Part shown: positions 9,018 through 19,234 of the stretch, one piece after another
How the letters are laid out: every line of letters starts with the position of its first letter
How positions within the stretch are numbered: position 1 is the stretch's first letter
From: a virus
Taxonomy: Duplodnaviria; Caudoviricetes
Virus record (IMG/VR): IMGVR_UViG_3300027779_000038
Location: 1 to 53,700 of that record
Reading direction: 5' to 3' (one strand)
Length of the DNA stretch: 53,700 nucleotides
Notes under the pieces: model-generated
Databases searched by the model: none
What the model was told of the DNA's origin: nothing
The model's input: only the letters and a program-made list of their open reading frames with translations
Position numbers and translations under genes: made by a program

Positions 9018-11771
9018 ATGGCATTAACTAAACTCTCCACAGACGTAATAGATCTTAGTGGTAACACTGAAGCTTTACTAATACCTAAAGGTACAAGTAA
9101 TTCTACTGCATCTGTAGAATACCTTGTTGTTGCCGGCGGTGGTGGTGGAGCTGGTAATAGTTCAGGTGGAGGTGGTGGTGGTGCCGGTGGCTTATTGACC
9201 GCAACTGCTGATTTTGCTATTTCAGCTGCTTTAGATATAAGTGTAGGTGTTGGTGGAGCAGGTACAACAAATGAAACAAGTGGTGCTGTTGGTGTTAATG
9301 GTGGAGATTCTATTTTTTCGACTATAACAGCTACAGGTGGTGGTGGAGCAAAAAATACAGGCTCTGGAGGAAGTAGTTCTGATGGAGGATCTGGTGGTGG
9401 TGCTTCAGGTGGAACAAGTGTAGGTGCTGGAAGTGCAAACCCCACCGGTCAAGGAAATAATGGTGGTATAGGTTCTAATCCTAGTGATATAGGTGGAGGT
9501 GGAGGTGGAGCTGGTGGTGTAGGTCAACCAGGTGGAAATAGATCAGGTTCAACTGATGGTCAAGGTGGTGCCGCAATATCTAATAGTATAGCTGGAACTT
9601 CTTTATTATATGCTGGTGGAGGTGGTGGTGGAGTTTGTGATTTTACTTATAATAGTACGCCAGCCACTGCTGGTCTTGGAGGTGCTGGTGTTTTTGGAAC
9701 TGGAGGAAATGGTGGTCAAAGTGGAGATCAAGGAACTGATCCATATACAGCTGATGGTGGAGTTGGAGTTACTAACACTGGTGGAGGTGGTGGTGGTGGT
9801 TCTAGAAGTGCTGGTGGAACAAATGCAAACGGTGGTGCTGGGGGTTCTGGTGTTGTAATTTTAAGATACCCAACAGCAAATCCAATAACTATAAGTTCTG
9901 GTTTATATGGTAATTATGATTATGGTACAATAGGTCAATGTCATTACCCAGTAACAGCAACTGCTTTGTATAGATTAGAGAATGCCATGAGTGATACTTG
10001 TGGGACTTATAGTGGAACATCTACTAGTTCTCCGTCATATAGTAATACAGCACCTAAATATGGAACCTATAATGCTGTTTTTAATGGGACTAGTAATTAT
10101 ATAAGTACAGGAATAAATTTTTCCACGCTTACTAATGCTAAAAGTATTTCTATGTGGATAAAGTCAACTGGAAGTTCTTCTATTGGATTTGGTGGTATGG
10201 ATGGCTCAAGTGCTAATAATGGATTGTTTTCATTTGATGAATCAGCAGGCAACGTTGCTTATATTCCAGTATTTGGTGGGTATCATACTGGTGATGCAAG
10301 CACGGTTGTAACTAATCAATGGAATCATTTTGTAGTTACAGATACTAATGTTAACGGAAATGTAAAAATTTACATAAATGGTTCGGAAGTTGTTGTTACA
10401 AAGCTTAATAGTAGCTCATACGTTAATAACACCAATATGCAAATTGGTAAACAAATGAGAAATACTGGAACTGCGTTTTTTCAAACTGGTTCAATAGATC
10501 AAATTAGAATATTTCCAAGTGAATTAGATGCAGATCAAGTACAGGCTTTATATTCTGAAACTAATGAAGCTACAACCGGTACAATTGGAACAGAAACTTG
10601 GTCTCAGTTTATTGCCGGTACTGGAACTGTTAGTTTTAGTGGTACTGGTACAGGTAGACCATCCTCACCTACTGAAGGATTAATGAGGGAAAATACTACT
10701 ACAAGTAAAATGGAATTTTATGATGGATCATTATGGCAAGAGATAACAGATACAGCTAGTACATATTCAAATAGTGTAATACCATCTGCTAATTTTAATA
10801 CAGTTATATATTCAAACCCCGGACTTAGTACACCTATTTCAGTTGGTTTTGGCCCTGATATGGTTTTATTTAAAGAAAGGAATGGAATAAACAGTTGGCA
10901 ACTTTATGATACTGTAAGAGGTGATGATTATGCTCTTTATACTAATGATTCTCAAGCTCAATATAATTATAGTACCCACCCAAATGGAGACTTGTCTCCT
11001 ACAATTACATCAACTGGTTTTACTACTCCTCCTGTTACAAACAATGGTATTAATAATTCATCTAACTTTGTATCATATAGCTGGAAAGCCGGAGGCGCAG
11101 CGGTATCAAACACAGATGGTACAATAACAAGCCAAGTATCTGCTAATGTAGATGCAGGATTTAGTATTGTTGAGTGGACTGACCCAAGTGATAACTCCAC
11201 TTATACTGTAGGTCACGGATTAAGCTCAGCACCTGAACTTATTATAACTAAAGAAACCAACGATACAGGTTCTTGGTTAGTTTTTGTTAATGGTATAACT
11301 AGCATAAACCAGTATTTACTTCTTAATAGTACTGGGACAACTGGAACTCTAGCTAACGTTTGGGGAGCTGCTTTACCTAATAGCACCACTTTTGGTTTAA
11401 AATCGGGACAATCTATAACTCTAGGAAAAAATGTTATTGCTTACTGCTTCCATTCAGTAGCAGGATACAGTAAAATAGGTTTTTATGTTGGTAACGGAAG
11501 TACTACAGGACCTGAAATTTATACAGGATTTAAACCCGCATTTATAATAATGAAGAAAACAAATGCTACTTCAAATTGGTATATACATGATAATAAAAGA
11601 AATGGATCAAGTGGTAATGTTGATGGTATTTTGTTTGCTAATCTTTCCGATGCTGAAGATACAACATATAATTATATTGATTTTACTAGTACTGGCTTTG
11701 TATTAAAATTTACTAATTCAGACTATAATACAAACGGAGGAACATATATTTACATGGCAATTGCTGAATAA
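9018..11771 (+). CDS. Gly-rich / LamG (concanavalin-like) virion adhesin (917 aa)
   Basis: VEYLVVAGGGGG...GGSGVVILRY Gly-rich domain; LamG-like SISMWIK...WNHFVVT...KIYING...GSIDQIRIF; C-terminal SNTDGTITSQVSAN..AGFSIV...GHGL domain ending YIYMAIAE, typical of marine phage fibres. Confidence 0.75.
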   Translation: MALTKLSTDVIDLSGNTEALLIPKGTSNSTASVEYLVVAGGGGGAGNSSGGGGGGAGGLLTATADFAISAALDISVGVGGAGTTNETSGAVGVNGGDSIFSTITATGGGGAKNTGSGGSSSDGGSGGGASGGTSVGAGSANPTGQGNNGGIGSNPSDIGGGGGGAGGVGQPGGNRSGSTDGQGGAAISNSIAGTSLLYAGGGGGGVCDFTYNSTPATAGLGGAGVFGTGGNGGQSGDQGTDPYTADGGVGVTNTGGGGGGGSRSAGGTNANGGAGGSGVVILRYPTANPITISSGLYGNYDYGTIGQCHYPVTATALYRLENAMSDTCGTYSGTSTSSPSYSNTAPKYGTYNAVFNGTSNYISTGINFSTLTNAKSISMWIKSTGSSSIGFGGMDGSSANNGLFSFDESAGNVAYIPVFGGYHTGDASTVVTNQWNHFVVTDTNVNGNVKIYINGSEVVVTKLNSSSYVNNTNMQIGKQMRNTGTAFFQTGSIDQIRIFPSELDADQVQALYSETNEATTGTIGTETWSQFIAGTGTVSFSGTGTGRPSSPTEGLMRENTTTSKMEFYDGSLWQEITDTASTYSNSVIPSANFNTVIYSNPGLSTPISVGFGPDMVLFKERNGINSWQLYDTVRGDDYALYTNDSQAQYNYSTHPNGDLSPTITSTGFTTPPVTNNGINNSSNFVSYSWKAGGAAVSNTDGTITSQVSANVDAGFSIVEWTDPSDNSTYTVGHGLSSAPELIITKETNDTGSWLVFVNGITSINQYLLLNSTGTTGTLANVWGAALPNSTTFGLKSGQSITLGKNVIAYCFHSVAGYSKIGFYVGNGSTTGPEIYTGFKPAFIIMKKTNATSNWYIHDNKRNGSSGNVDGILFANLSDAEDTTYNYIDFTSTGFVLKFTNSDYNTNGGTYIYMAIAE

Positions 11772-11779
11772 AATAAAAT

Positions 11780-14314
11780 ATGGCTACAACTAAAATAATA
11801 AATGATCTTATCGATTTAAATCAGACTGGTAATACTACGGCTTTAAAAGGTTGTGTTGGTACAAATGCTCAACAACCTACTACACCTACTATAAGTGTAG
11901 AATACTTAGTTGTAGGTGGCGGTGGCGGCGGCGGTGGATTTGGCCAAGCTGGTGGAGGCGGTGCTGGTGGTTTATCTACTGCCACAATTGGAGTTCCAAA
12001 TAATACAGATCTTAGTATAGTTGTAGGTCAGGGTGGTGCTGGTGGAACAGGTGCTTTACCAGCTACAGGAGCAAACGGTCAAGATTCAGGTTTTTATCAA
12101 ATCCAAGGCCAAGGAGGTGGTGGCAGTCAAGGGCATGAAGGTGGTGGTCTTCCTGGAGGATCAGGTGGTGGTAGTGCTACTTTATCTACGGGTAGTAATA
12201 CTGGTGGCGCTGGAGTTTCAGGGCAAGGTAATGCTGGGGGTACAGCGGTTGTAGCAAATTATGGTGCTCCACATTCAGGTTCAGGCGGTGGTGGTGCAGG
12301 TGCACCAGGCACAGGCGGTAATAATTTTGATGGTGATGGTGGTTCCGGATCAGATGCTGTAGCTTTAGGAATAATAACACAAGCAAATGCAGCAACTGCA
12401 GGTGTTGGAGAAACAAATGGTGCTGAGAGAAATTTTGCTGGAGGAGGCGGAGGTGGCGCTTATGGAGTTACATGCGGCGACGGTGGTGATGGAGGCGGTG
12501 GTGATGGAAATGTTGGTGGCGGAACCCACCCTGTAGCAAATAATGGGTATCCTGGAACAATAAACACCGGCGGTGGCGGTGGTGGAGTTGGATCATATGG
12601 ACCTGATACTAATATTGGCGGATCAGGCGGTTCAGGTGTAGTAATACTTAAATATGCAAATGCTGATGTAGGTAGTATTACAATAGGTGGAAGTTTGATT
12701 GGAGGATTAAGTACTGCAACAGAAACAGATAATGCTTATCCAATAGCAAACACAGCTTTTTATACATTGAATGGAAACTCTACAGATACTAGTAGCACTG
12801 GAAGTTATAATGGTGTTGATGGTAGTAGTATAAGTTATGCTTCTGGATATTTAAATCAAGGAGCTGTTTTTACTCAAGTAACAACCTCTAAAATAGTGAC
12901 ACCTAGTCCAATACCCACAACAACTGATAATGATTTTTCAATATCAATATGGTTTAAATATAATAGTGATTTTACTACAGGTTATATCTCATTATGTGGT
13001 GGTTCTGGTTGGGTTAGTGGAGCTTATCCTACAATATATTTACTTCTTAGATCCACTGGTATTAGTGGGGAATATACAATAAATGGCGCTAGAGGTTTTG
13101 GTGGAACTTTTTATTATGGCCCTCCCGGTAGTGCTTGTCCTTTAATGCATTCAGGAGAATGGTATAATTTAGCAAGCGTTTATACTTCTAGTAATAAAAC
13201 ATTTACTCATTATTTAAACGGATCAGTATTACCAATACCCCAAGCATTAATAAGTTCAGCATCAGGTTCTATAGTTACAAACTTCTGTTATGGTCAATAT
13301 GAGGATAGTGGAAGTTATAGTGCTTACGCATGGGACGGAATGATGGATCAAATTAGAGTATTTAATAATACTGCATTATCAGCTAGTCAAGTTTTATTAT
13401 TATATCAAGACACATTTAAGACTAAATTTGATGATAGTACAAATACAACTTTAGTATTTAAAGGTGGATCTGGAACTATTAATTTAATTGGTTCATCTGT
13501 ACTAGGACCTAAAGTAGGTGATTTAAGAACAAATACAGATCAGACATCAACTAATTACGCAGCAAGTGCAATGGAACATTATATGTCTACAGGGTGGAGA
13601 GTATTTGATAATTCAACCTTAGCTACTTGTAATTATCCTACTACAGCAACAGCTTTGTATCAATTAAATAGCGATGGTGGAACTACAAATAATGTTCCTG
13701 ATACATGCGGAACTTATGATGGTACAGCAACAAGTATTACATATACCACAGGATCAGGAGGTGAGTTTGGTGAGGCTGCAATTTTTAACGGAAGTACAAG
13801 TAAAATAGTAGTACCATCAGCAATCAGTATCTCTACAGATGCAACTGATTTTAATCGTTCTATGTGGATATATACAGATGCTGCATTTACTAGTTTTAGG
13901 GGTATTATTGGAACTAATGATTCTTATTATAATGCTCCCTCAGAACTTTATATTTCAAATGTTAGCGGAAATACCTATAATGCAACTTTTGTAAGAAGAT
14001 ACGGTGGGACTTATTATGGCTTTGCAAACACTAGTAATTTTACACTATTACCTACTACATTTTATCACCTATCTCTAAATTATAGGTATTCTCCACAATC
14101 AATTGATTTATACATTAATGAGTCATTGGTTAGTACAACAACCACAATTGCATTCACAGGTTCTCAATCCGTTTATGCGTATGAATGTCTAGGGCAATAT
14201 AATGGGAACGGGAGTTATTCATCATACGCTTGGGATGGTAGAATAGATCAAGTAAGATTTTTTAATTCAGCTTTAACAAGCGCTCAAGTAACCTTATTAT
14301 ATAACGAACAATAA
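11780..14314 (+). CDS. Gly-rich protein with two LamG-like domains (844 aa), virion adhesin
   Basis: VEYLVVGGGGGG...GGSGVVILKY, then two domains ending WDGMMDQIRVFN and WDGRIDQVRFFN. Confidence 0.75.
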   Translation: MATTKIINDLIDLNQTGNTTALKGCVGTNAQQPTTPTISVEYLVVGGGGGGGGFGQAGGGGAGGLSTATIGVPNNTDLSIVVGQGGAGGTGALPATGANGQDSGFYQIQGQGGGGSQGHEGGGLPGGSGGGSATLSTGSNTGGAGVSGQGNAGGTAVVANYGAPHSGSGGGGAGAPGTGGNNFDGDGGSGSDAVALGIITQANAATAGVGETNGAERNFAGGGGGGAYGVTCGDGGDGGGGDGNVGGGTHPVANNGYPGTINTGGGGGGVGSYGPDTNIGGSGGSGVVILKYANADVGSITIGGSLIGGLSTATETDNAYPIANTAFYTLNGNSTDTSSTGSYNGVDGSSISYASGYLNQGAVFTQVTTSKIVTPSPIPTTTDNDFSISIWFKYNSDFTTGYISLCGGSGWVSGAYPTIYLLLRSTGISGEYTINGARGFGGTFYYGPPGSACPLMHSGEWYNLASVYTSSNKTFTHYLNGSVLPIPQALISSASGSIVTNFCYGQYEDSGSYSAYAWDGMMDQIRVFNNTALSASQVLLLYQDTFKTKFDDSTNTTLVFKGGSGTINLIGSSVLGPKVGDLRTNTDQTSTNYAASAMEHYMSTGWRVFDNSTLATCNYPTTATALYQLNSDGGTTNNVPDTCGTYDGTATSITYTTGSGGEFGEAAIFNGSTSKIVVPSAISISTDATDFNRSMWIYTDAAFTSFRGIIGTNDSYYNAPSELYISNVSGNTYNATFVRRYGGTYYGFANTSNFTLLPTTFYHLSLNYRYSPQSIDLYINESLVSTTTTIAFTGSQSVYAYECLGQYNGNGSYSSYAWDGRIDQVRFFNSALTSAQVTLLYNEQ

Positions 14315-16158
14315 TGGCAATAACAAAAGTAATAACACCAGATCTTATAGATCTTCCTACGACAATATCAAGTGTAGAGACCAATACAGATGGAGTAGTA
14401 TTAGCTAAAGGTTCAACTAGTGGTACCGCATCTGTAGAATACCTTGTTGTAGCCGGTGGTGGTGCTGGTGGTGGTTGGTATCGAGGAGGTGGAGGTGGAG
14501 CTGGTGAATTAAAAGAAAGTACAATAGCTGTAGATATTGGTGTTCAACTTAATTTAACTGTTGGTACAGGTGGTGGTGGTGTGTTTGTAAATAGCAGCGG
14601 TGGATCTAATGGTAACAACGGAATTAATTCTACTTTTGATAGTATAACTTCTTTAGGTGGTGGCGGTGGATCGCCTGGAAACAGTGCTTCTGGAATTATT
14701 GGATCTGACGGAGGATCTGGAGGAGGATCTGGAGGTAACTGGGTTGGAACCACTGCTAGTGGAGGATCTGCTATAGGGACTGGTTCAGGAAATAATGGAG
14801 GAAATGGAGGACCTGGATCTAGTAGTTTTCAGTGCGGTGGAGGAGGTGGTGGTGCTACTCAAGTAGGATTTAATGCTGGTGCATCAAACACTGATGGATA
14901 CGGTGGGGCTGGAAAAACATATTCAAACGTAACAAGTATAACTGGCTCTGCTTTTGACATTGCTGGTGGAGGTGGTGGAGCAAACTACGATTTAGGAAAT
15001 GTAACGCAAGGTGGAACAGGTGGTGGAGCTGCTGGAGCTTCAGGAAGTTCTCCCTATGCAAATGGGCCTTCCGCAGCAAATAACACTGGAAGTGGTGGTG
15101 GTGGTGGAAATGGAGATGTACAACCAAGTAGTGGATCAGGTGGAGCCGGTGGGTCTGGTGTTGTAATTTTAAGAACGGTAAGTACAACTACAGCTACTTT
15201 TGTTAATGCTACTACATCACTAACTCAAGTTGGTGGAGGTGCGTGGACTAGTGGTGATAAAGTTTATACAATTACAGAAACCACAGGTACTGCTACTGTA
15301 ACTTTTTCATCAACAGCTTCAGGTGGTAGACCAGTAACAGGGGGTTCATATATTTTAAAAGATGGTGAATTTAGATACAACACTACAACTAAAAAAGTAG
15401 AGTATTACGATGGAGCTAGTTGGTTTACTTTAATAAGTACAACAGCGGTTCCACAAGCAGGGACAACAGGTGCTTGTAATTATCCAACTACAGCAACTGC
15501 TTTATATCAATTTGAAGATAATGTTAATGATACTTGTCCTGGAGGATTAGACGGAACTATCACGGGAAGTTTATCTTATTCTGCAAGTGGTAAATATGGT
15601 AAAGCATTATCAGGTTTTTCTGGTAACAATTTTGTTGATTTCCCAGGCATAACAGGCGTTTTAGATAATGCTACAAATACAGATTTTACATTTTCTATAT
15701 GGGTAAAATTAAATACTATACCCTCAGTATTTTATGCTGTAACTGGTAAATCAAGTCCTTTTAGTGGAAGTGAATATCAAATGTTTGATTTAATCATATT
15801 TCCAGTATCAGGTAATACAATATCAATTCATACAAGAAGAGGTTATGGGGGTTATAATTACGATCCCTCATCATATGCCGCTACATCAACAATAGTATTA
15901 GGTAATTGGTTTAATATAACTTGTGCTTATACAGCATCAACAAAAGTTAATCAAATATATATTGATGGCACATTATCAGGTAGTGATATTTTAAGTACTC
16001 AAAGTTCAGTAAGAACAATTACATCGGGATACAATATAGGTGCTTATGATTCTACTAGTACATACGCACTTGATGGTGATGTAGATCAAATAAGAATATT
16101 CCCATCTGTATTAACAAGCGCTCAAGTAACAGCTTTAGCAGAAGAAACTGCACCATAA
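14314..16158 (+). CDS. Gly-rich / LamG-like virion adhesin (614 aa)
   Basis: Same Gly-rich domain; GEFRYNTTTKKVEYYDGASW motif; LamG-like FTFSIWVK...DGDVDQIRIF. Confidence 0.75.
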   Translation: MAITKVITPDLIDLPTTISSVETNTDGVVLAKGSTSGTASVEYLVVAGGGAGGGWYRGGGGGAGELKESTIAVDIGVQLNLTVGTGGGGVFVNSSGGSNGNNGINSTFDSITSLGGGGGSPGNSASGIIGSDGGSGGGSGGNWVGTTASGGSAIGTGSGNNGGNGGPGSSSFQCGGGGGGATQVGFNAGASNTDGYGGAGKTYSNVTSITGSAFDIAGGGGGANYDLGNVTQGGTGGGAAGASGSSPYANGPSAANNTGSGGGGGNGDVQPSSGSGGAGGSGVVILRTVSTTTATFVNATTSLTQVGGGAWTSGDKVYTITETTGTATVTFSSTASGGRPVTGGSYILKDGEFRYNTTTKKVEYYDGASWFTLISTTAVPQAGTTGACNYPTTATALYQFEDNVNDTCPGGLDGTITGSLSYSASGKYGKALSGFSGNNFVDFPGITGVLDNATNTDFTFSIWVKLNTIPSVFYAVTGKSSPFSGSEYQMFDLIIFPVSGNTISIHTRRGYGGYNYDPSSYAATSTIVLGNWFNITCAYTASTKVNQIYIDGTLSGSDILSTQSSVRTITSGYNIGAYDSTSTYALDGDVDQIRIFPSVLTSAQVTALAEETAP

Positions 16159-16226
16159 CTTAAAAAACCAAAAAAACAAGTGATAATATATTATAAACCT
16201 ATTGTCAAACATTAAAACCAAAACCA

Positions 16227-16514
16227 ATGACACTATTTTACCAGACTCAATCGTGGGGTAGTCAACCACAAAATTCAGAAGAAACCATTAACCTTTGGAA
16301 ACATCTTGCTAGTAAAAAACACTGGCGGATTGTTCAATTACCTAACGGTTTTTATCAAACTGAATACCAAGATCCACAAGAAGATAAATGGATTGACGTG
16401 ACCAGAAGAGAAACAATGGATGGTGCTGAAAGTGCTATCGACGCATCAGTCGAGCATTACAGCAAGAAAGTTGAATTCTTAAATGGCCCAAAAGTCGTTA
16501 AGACCTTTAAATAG
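16227..16514 (+). CDS. Hypothetical protein (95 aa) directly upstream of groEL
   Basis: Clean ORF with an A/C-rich leader and a globular composition (WRIVQLPNGFYQTE, DVTRRET). Confidence 0.75.
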   Translation: MTLFYQTQSWGSQPQNSEETINLWKHLASKKHWRIVQLPNGFYQTEYQDPQEDKWIDVTRRETMDGAESAIDASVEHYSKKVEFLNGPKVVKTFK

Positions 16515-16545
16515 AACACTACAATATAATCAAATTTAATCAAAT

Positions 16546-18090
16546 ATGTCAGACTTAATAGTCAAGAATCTTAATTTTGGGCAAAGTGCTCAAAATCAAG
16601 TGTTTAAAGGAATTGATAAACTCACACAAGCTGTTAGCTCCACATTAGGGGCTAGCGGTAAATGTGTACTACTAGAAGATGATGCAGGTAGACCATTAAT
16701 TACAAAAGATGGGGTTACAGTTGCAAACTCAATAGTCTTATTAGATCCAGTAGAAAATATGGGGGCCACCCTTTTAAAAGAAGCAGCCCGCAAAACAGTA
16801 AATGAAGCAGGAGACGGTACCACAACCGCAACTGTATTAGCCCATGCAATTCTTAAAGAAGCATCAGAAATAGGTGTAGAAGTAAGTTCTAGGGCACTTA
16901 AAGATGGTATTAACTCAGCTACTAAGAAAGTAGTTAAGTATTTAGAGAAAAATAGCTTACCTGTTAAGGGCGATATGATAGATCATATAGCTACGATATC
17001 AACCAACAATGATCCTGAACTTGGAAAAATTATTGGTGATGCATTTAGATCTGTTGGTCAAACAGGTATAGTTATGATGGATTATTCTCCTGAAGCAGAA
17101 ACAGAAGTAGAGATAGTTGATGGGGTACAATATGATAAAGGGATGGCTAATCCTCATTTTGTAAACAATCCAGAGAAGAAATCATGTGAATTAGAAAATC
17201 CGGCAGTATTATTAATAGAATCACCGGTTGAAAACATAAGACAGATACAATCTGTTTTAGAATATGTTATTAAAAACAAAAAACCTTTACTTATTATAGC
17301 AGACGTAGAAACGCCAGTGGCCGCTACATTAGCTATGAATAAAACAAAAGGCAACATTAAAGTAAATATAATAGGTGCTCCTACTTATGGTGTAAACAAA
17401 CGAGAACAACTCGATGATTTAGCTATGTTAACCGGGGCCACAGTTATAAATGAAGATCTAGGTGATGATATGGATCTTATACAACCAGAAATGTTGGGTA
17501 CATGCTTAAGATCTACTACTACAGAAAAAGATACTGTAATACAAGTGGGTGAACCTTCAGAAGAAATCTTAAGTATTATTACCCAAATTAAAAAAGAATT
17601 ATCAGATGGGCCAATAGCCAGTAAGATAATTATGTTAGAAAAAAGACTCGCAAGACTATCAGCTAAAATAGCGATAGTAAAAGTAGGGGCTAATTCTGAT
17701 ATAGAACTTAAAGAAAAGTCCGATAGAGTAGAAGATGCTATTTGTGCTACAAAAGCAGCAATAAAAGAAGGGATTGTACCCGGTGGTGGTATTGCTCTTT
17801 TAAATGCTATGCAAAATATAAAAGCTAAAAATAAAGGTGAACAAGTATTGCTTAATGCAATTAAATCACCATTTAAAGTAATATTAGACAATGCCGGTAT
17901 TAAATTCCCGGATATATTACCAAAAATAAAAGGTGTAGGATTAAATGTAGTTACAGGTAACTCTGTAGATATGATTACAAATGGTATTATAGATCCTTTA
18001 CTTGTTACTAAAAGTGCATTAATAAATGCGGTATCTGTAGCTACAACAATATTGTCAACTGATTGTGTTATAAACAACTTAAGACAATGA
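16546..18090 (+). CDS. groEL: Phage-encoded chaperonin GroEL (Cpn60)
   Basis: ITKDGVTVA, AGDGTTTATVLA ATP-binding motif, EGIVPGGGIALL and GIIDP..VT. No GGM tail. Confidence 0.97.
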   Translation: MSDLIVKNLNFGQSAQNQVFKGIDKLTQAVSSTLGASGKCVLLEDDAGRPLITKDGVTVANSIVLLDPVENMGATLLKEAARKTVNEAGDGTTTATVLAHAILKEASEIGVEVSSRALKDGINSATKKVVKYLEKNSLPVKGDMIDHIATISTNNDPELGKIIGDAFRSVGQTGIVMMDYSPEAETEVEIVDGVQYDKGMANPHFVNNPEKKSCELENPAVLLIESPVENIRQIQSVLEYVIKNKKPLLIIADVETPVAATLAMNKTKGNIKVNIIGAPTYGVNKREQLDDLAMLTGATVINEDLGDDMDLIQPEMLGTCLRSTTTEKDTVIQVGEPSEEILSIITQIKKELSDGPIASKIIMLEKRLARLSAKIAIVKVGANSDIELKEKSDRVEDAICATKAAIKEGIVPGGGIALLNAMQNIKAKNKGEQVLLNAIKSPFKVILDNAGIKFPDILPKIKGVGLNVVTGNSVDMITNGIIDPLLVTKSALINAVSVATTILSTDCVINNLRQ

Positions 18091-18347
18091 AAGCTATAGG
18101 GAACAATATAATAATTAAAAGTGAGAAAGTAACCACTGATGAAACAAAAGGTGGTTTAATTCTTATTGAAAAAGATAGGGAGGACATAAGATATAAAAAA
18201 GCCCGTGTTGTCTCTGTTAGTAATGATATAAAAGGTCTTAAAGAAAAAGATGAAATATATTATGATAAACATGCTGGTCATGGTATAGAGTTTAACAAAG
18301 AAAAGTTTACTGTTATAAAATTACAGGATGTCGTAGTGGTATTATGA
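18087..18347 (+). CDS. groES: Co-chaperonin GroES (Cpn10), 86 aa
   Basis: Start chosen at the ATGA overlap with the groEL stop (MKAIGNNIII...). Mobile loop TKGGLIL; ARVVSV...DEIYY...DVVVVL. Confidence 0.9.
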   Translation: MKAIGNNIIIKSEKVTTDETKGGLILIEKDREDIRYKKARVVSVSNDIKGLKEKDEIYYDKHAGHGIEFNKEKFTVIKLQDVVVVL

Positions 18348-18790
18348 GTAAATTAACTGCTAGCGATATTAAAGAACTTAATCTTATAAAACACTATAGA
18401 TTAATTAGAAAATGGGCTTGCAGAAATAATAGTTTAAACGATGCAGATTTAGAATTACTTATATATTTTGATTGCATGGGTTTATTTAGTAAACAAGACT
18501 TCAAAGTCGGTACTTATGCTTACAGTTGGGACAACAGACGCTGGAACAAAATGATAAAAAACGATTGGATAGTCGTGTGGAGAGAACGAAACAGAACTAC
18601 CCAGAAGTACAATATCTATAAAGTTTCTTTCAAGTGTAAACAACTAATAGCTAGAATGTACCGAATTATGTTAGGTGATGAAGATGTGCCTATTAGTAAG
18701 AGAAGGAATAAAATAATGCGAGGGGAAACCTACACAGATAAGGTTTTAATAGCAGCAATAAAAAACGTTAATAACGATAAAACAAGATGA
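18344..18790 (+). CDS. Basic hypothetical protein, possible winged-helix DNA-binding protein
   Basis: LNDADLELLIYF...WNKMIKNDWIVV...IYKVSFKCKQL pattern resembles a wHTH; ATGA-coupled on both sides. Confidence 0.55.
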   Translation: MSKLTASDIKELNLIKHYRLIRKWACRNNSLNDADLELLIYFDCMGLFSKQDFKVGTYAYSWDNRRWNKMIKNDWIVVWRERNRTTQKYNIYKVSFKCKQLIARMYRIMLGDEDVPISKRRNKIMRGETYTDKVLIAAIKNVNNDKTR

Positions 18791-19179
18791 ACGATAAACT
18801 AGGAAGATATAAATCTATAACACCACTAGCACACAATACTGAAAATGGTGAGCAAGACAATGGTTTTTTATATGATGGTGTAGAAGATACTACAACTGGA
18901 TTAGAAGATCAAGATTCCGGAGAGTCTATTGTTGCGGATGGACCTACAACTCCAAAAATTAAACCACCTAAAGAAGAAAATCCTTTAAACCCTATAGAAG
19001 ACATAGTTAAAACATCTCAAAATGAAAGCCAAATGTATAGTCCAGCTTTAGAAGATGTTAATTATGGTCTTGGTTTAGGACCAAATTCAGGTGACCAAGT
19101 ACAAAAAAGTATAGATAATCTTCAAACTTCATATGGAAAAGGTGCTGCGTTTATGAAAAAAGGCAGATTTAGAAAATAA
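18787..19179 (+). CDS. Acidic low-complexity hypothetical protein (possible internal virion protein)
   Basis: 130-aa ORF ending AAFMKKGRFRK. Confidence 0.65.
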   Translation: MNDKLGRYKSITPLAHNTENGEQDNGFLYDGVEDTTTGLEDQDSGESIVADGPTTPKIKPPKEENPLNPIEDIVKTSQNESQMYSPALEDVNYGLGLGPNSGDQVQKSIDNLQTSYGKGAAFMKKGRFRK

Positions 19180-19234
19180 ACAAAGTGACACAAAATTAAC
19201 AACGCAAAAAATTCAACACATAAAAATAATAATT

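Noticed and set aside
9610-12254. +1-frame ORFs 9610..9858, 10921..11127 and 12033..12254
   Set aside because: Val/Glu/Leu runs expected from GGT/GGA and NNT codon repeats. Unlike the terL and scaffold cases there is no codon shift or recognisable motif.
1377-15187. Minus-strand ORFs inside the fibre genes (e.g. 1377..1844, 6569..6937, 8972..9445, 14544..14753)
   Set aside because: Antisense shadows of Gly/Thr/Ala-rich codons (poly-Pro, Val/Ala), with no independent compositional signal.
9018-16158. Diversity-generating retroelement or invertible shufflon acting on the fibre genes
   Set aside because: No reverse transcriptase or recombinase in the window; the repeats are short, direct and not adenine-specific variants.
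17385-18077. 230-aa antisense ORF in groEL
   Set aside because: Long antisense ORFs are a common by-product of chaperonin codon usage; the product has no plausible features.
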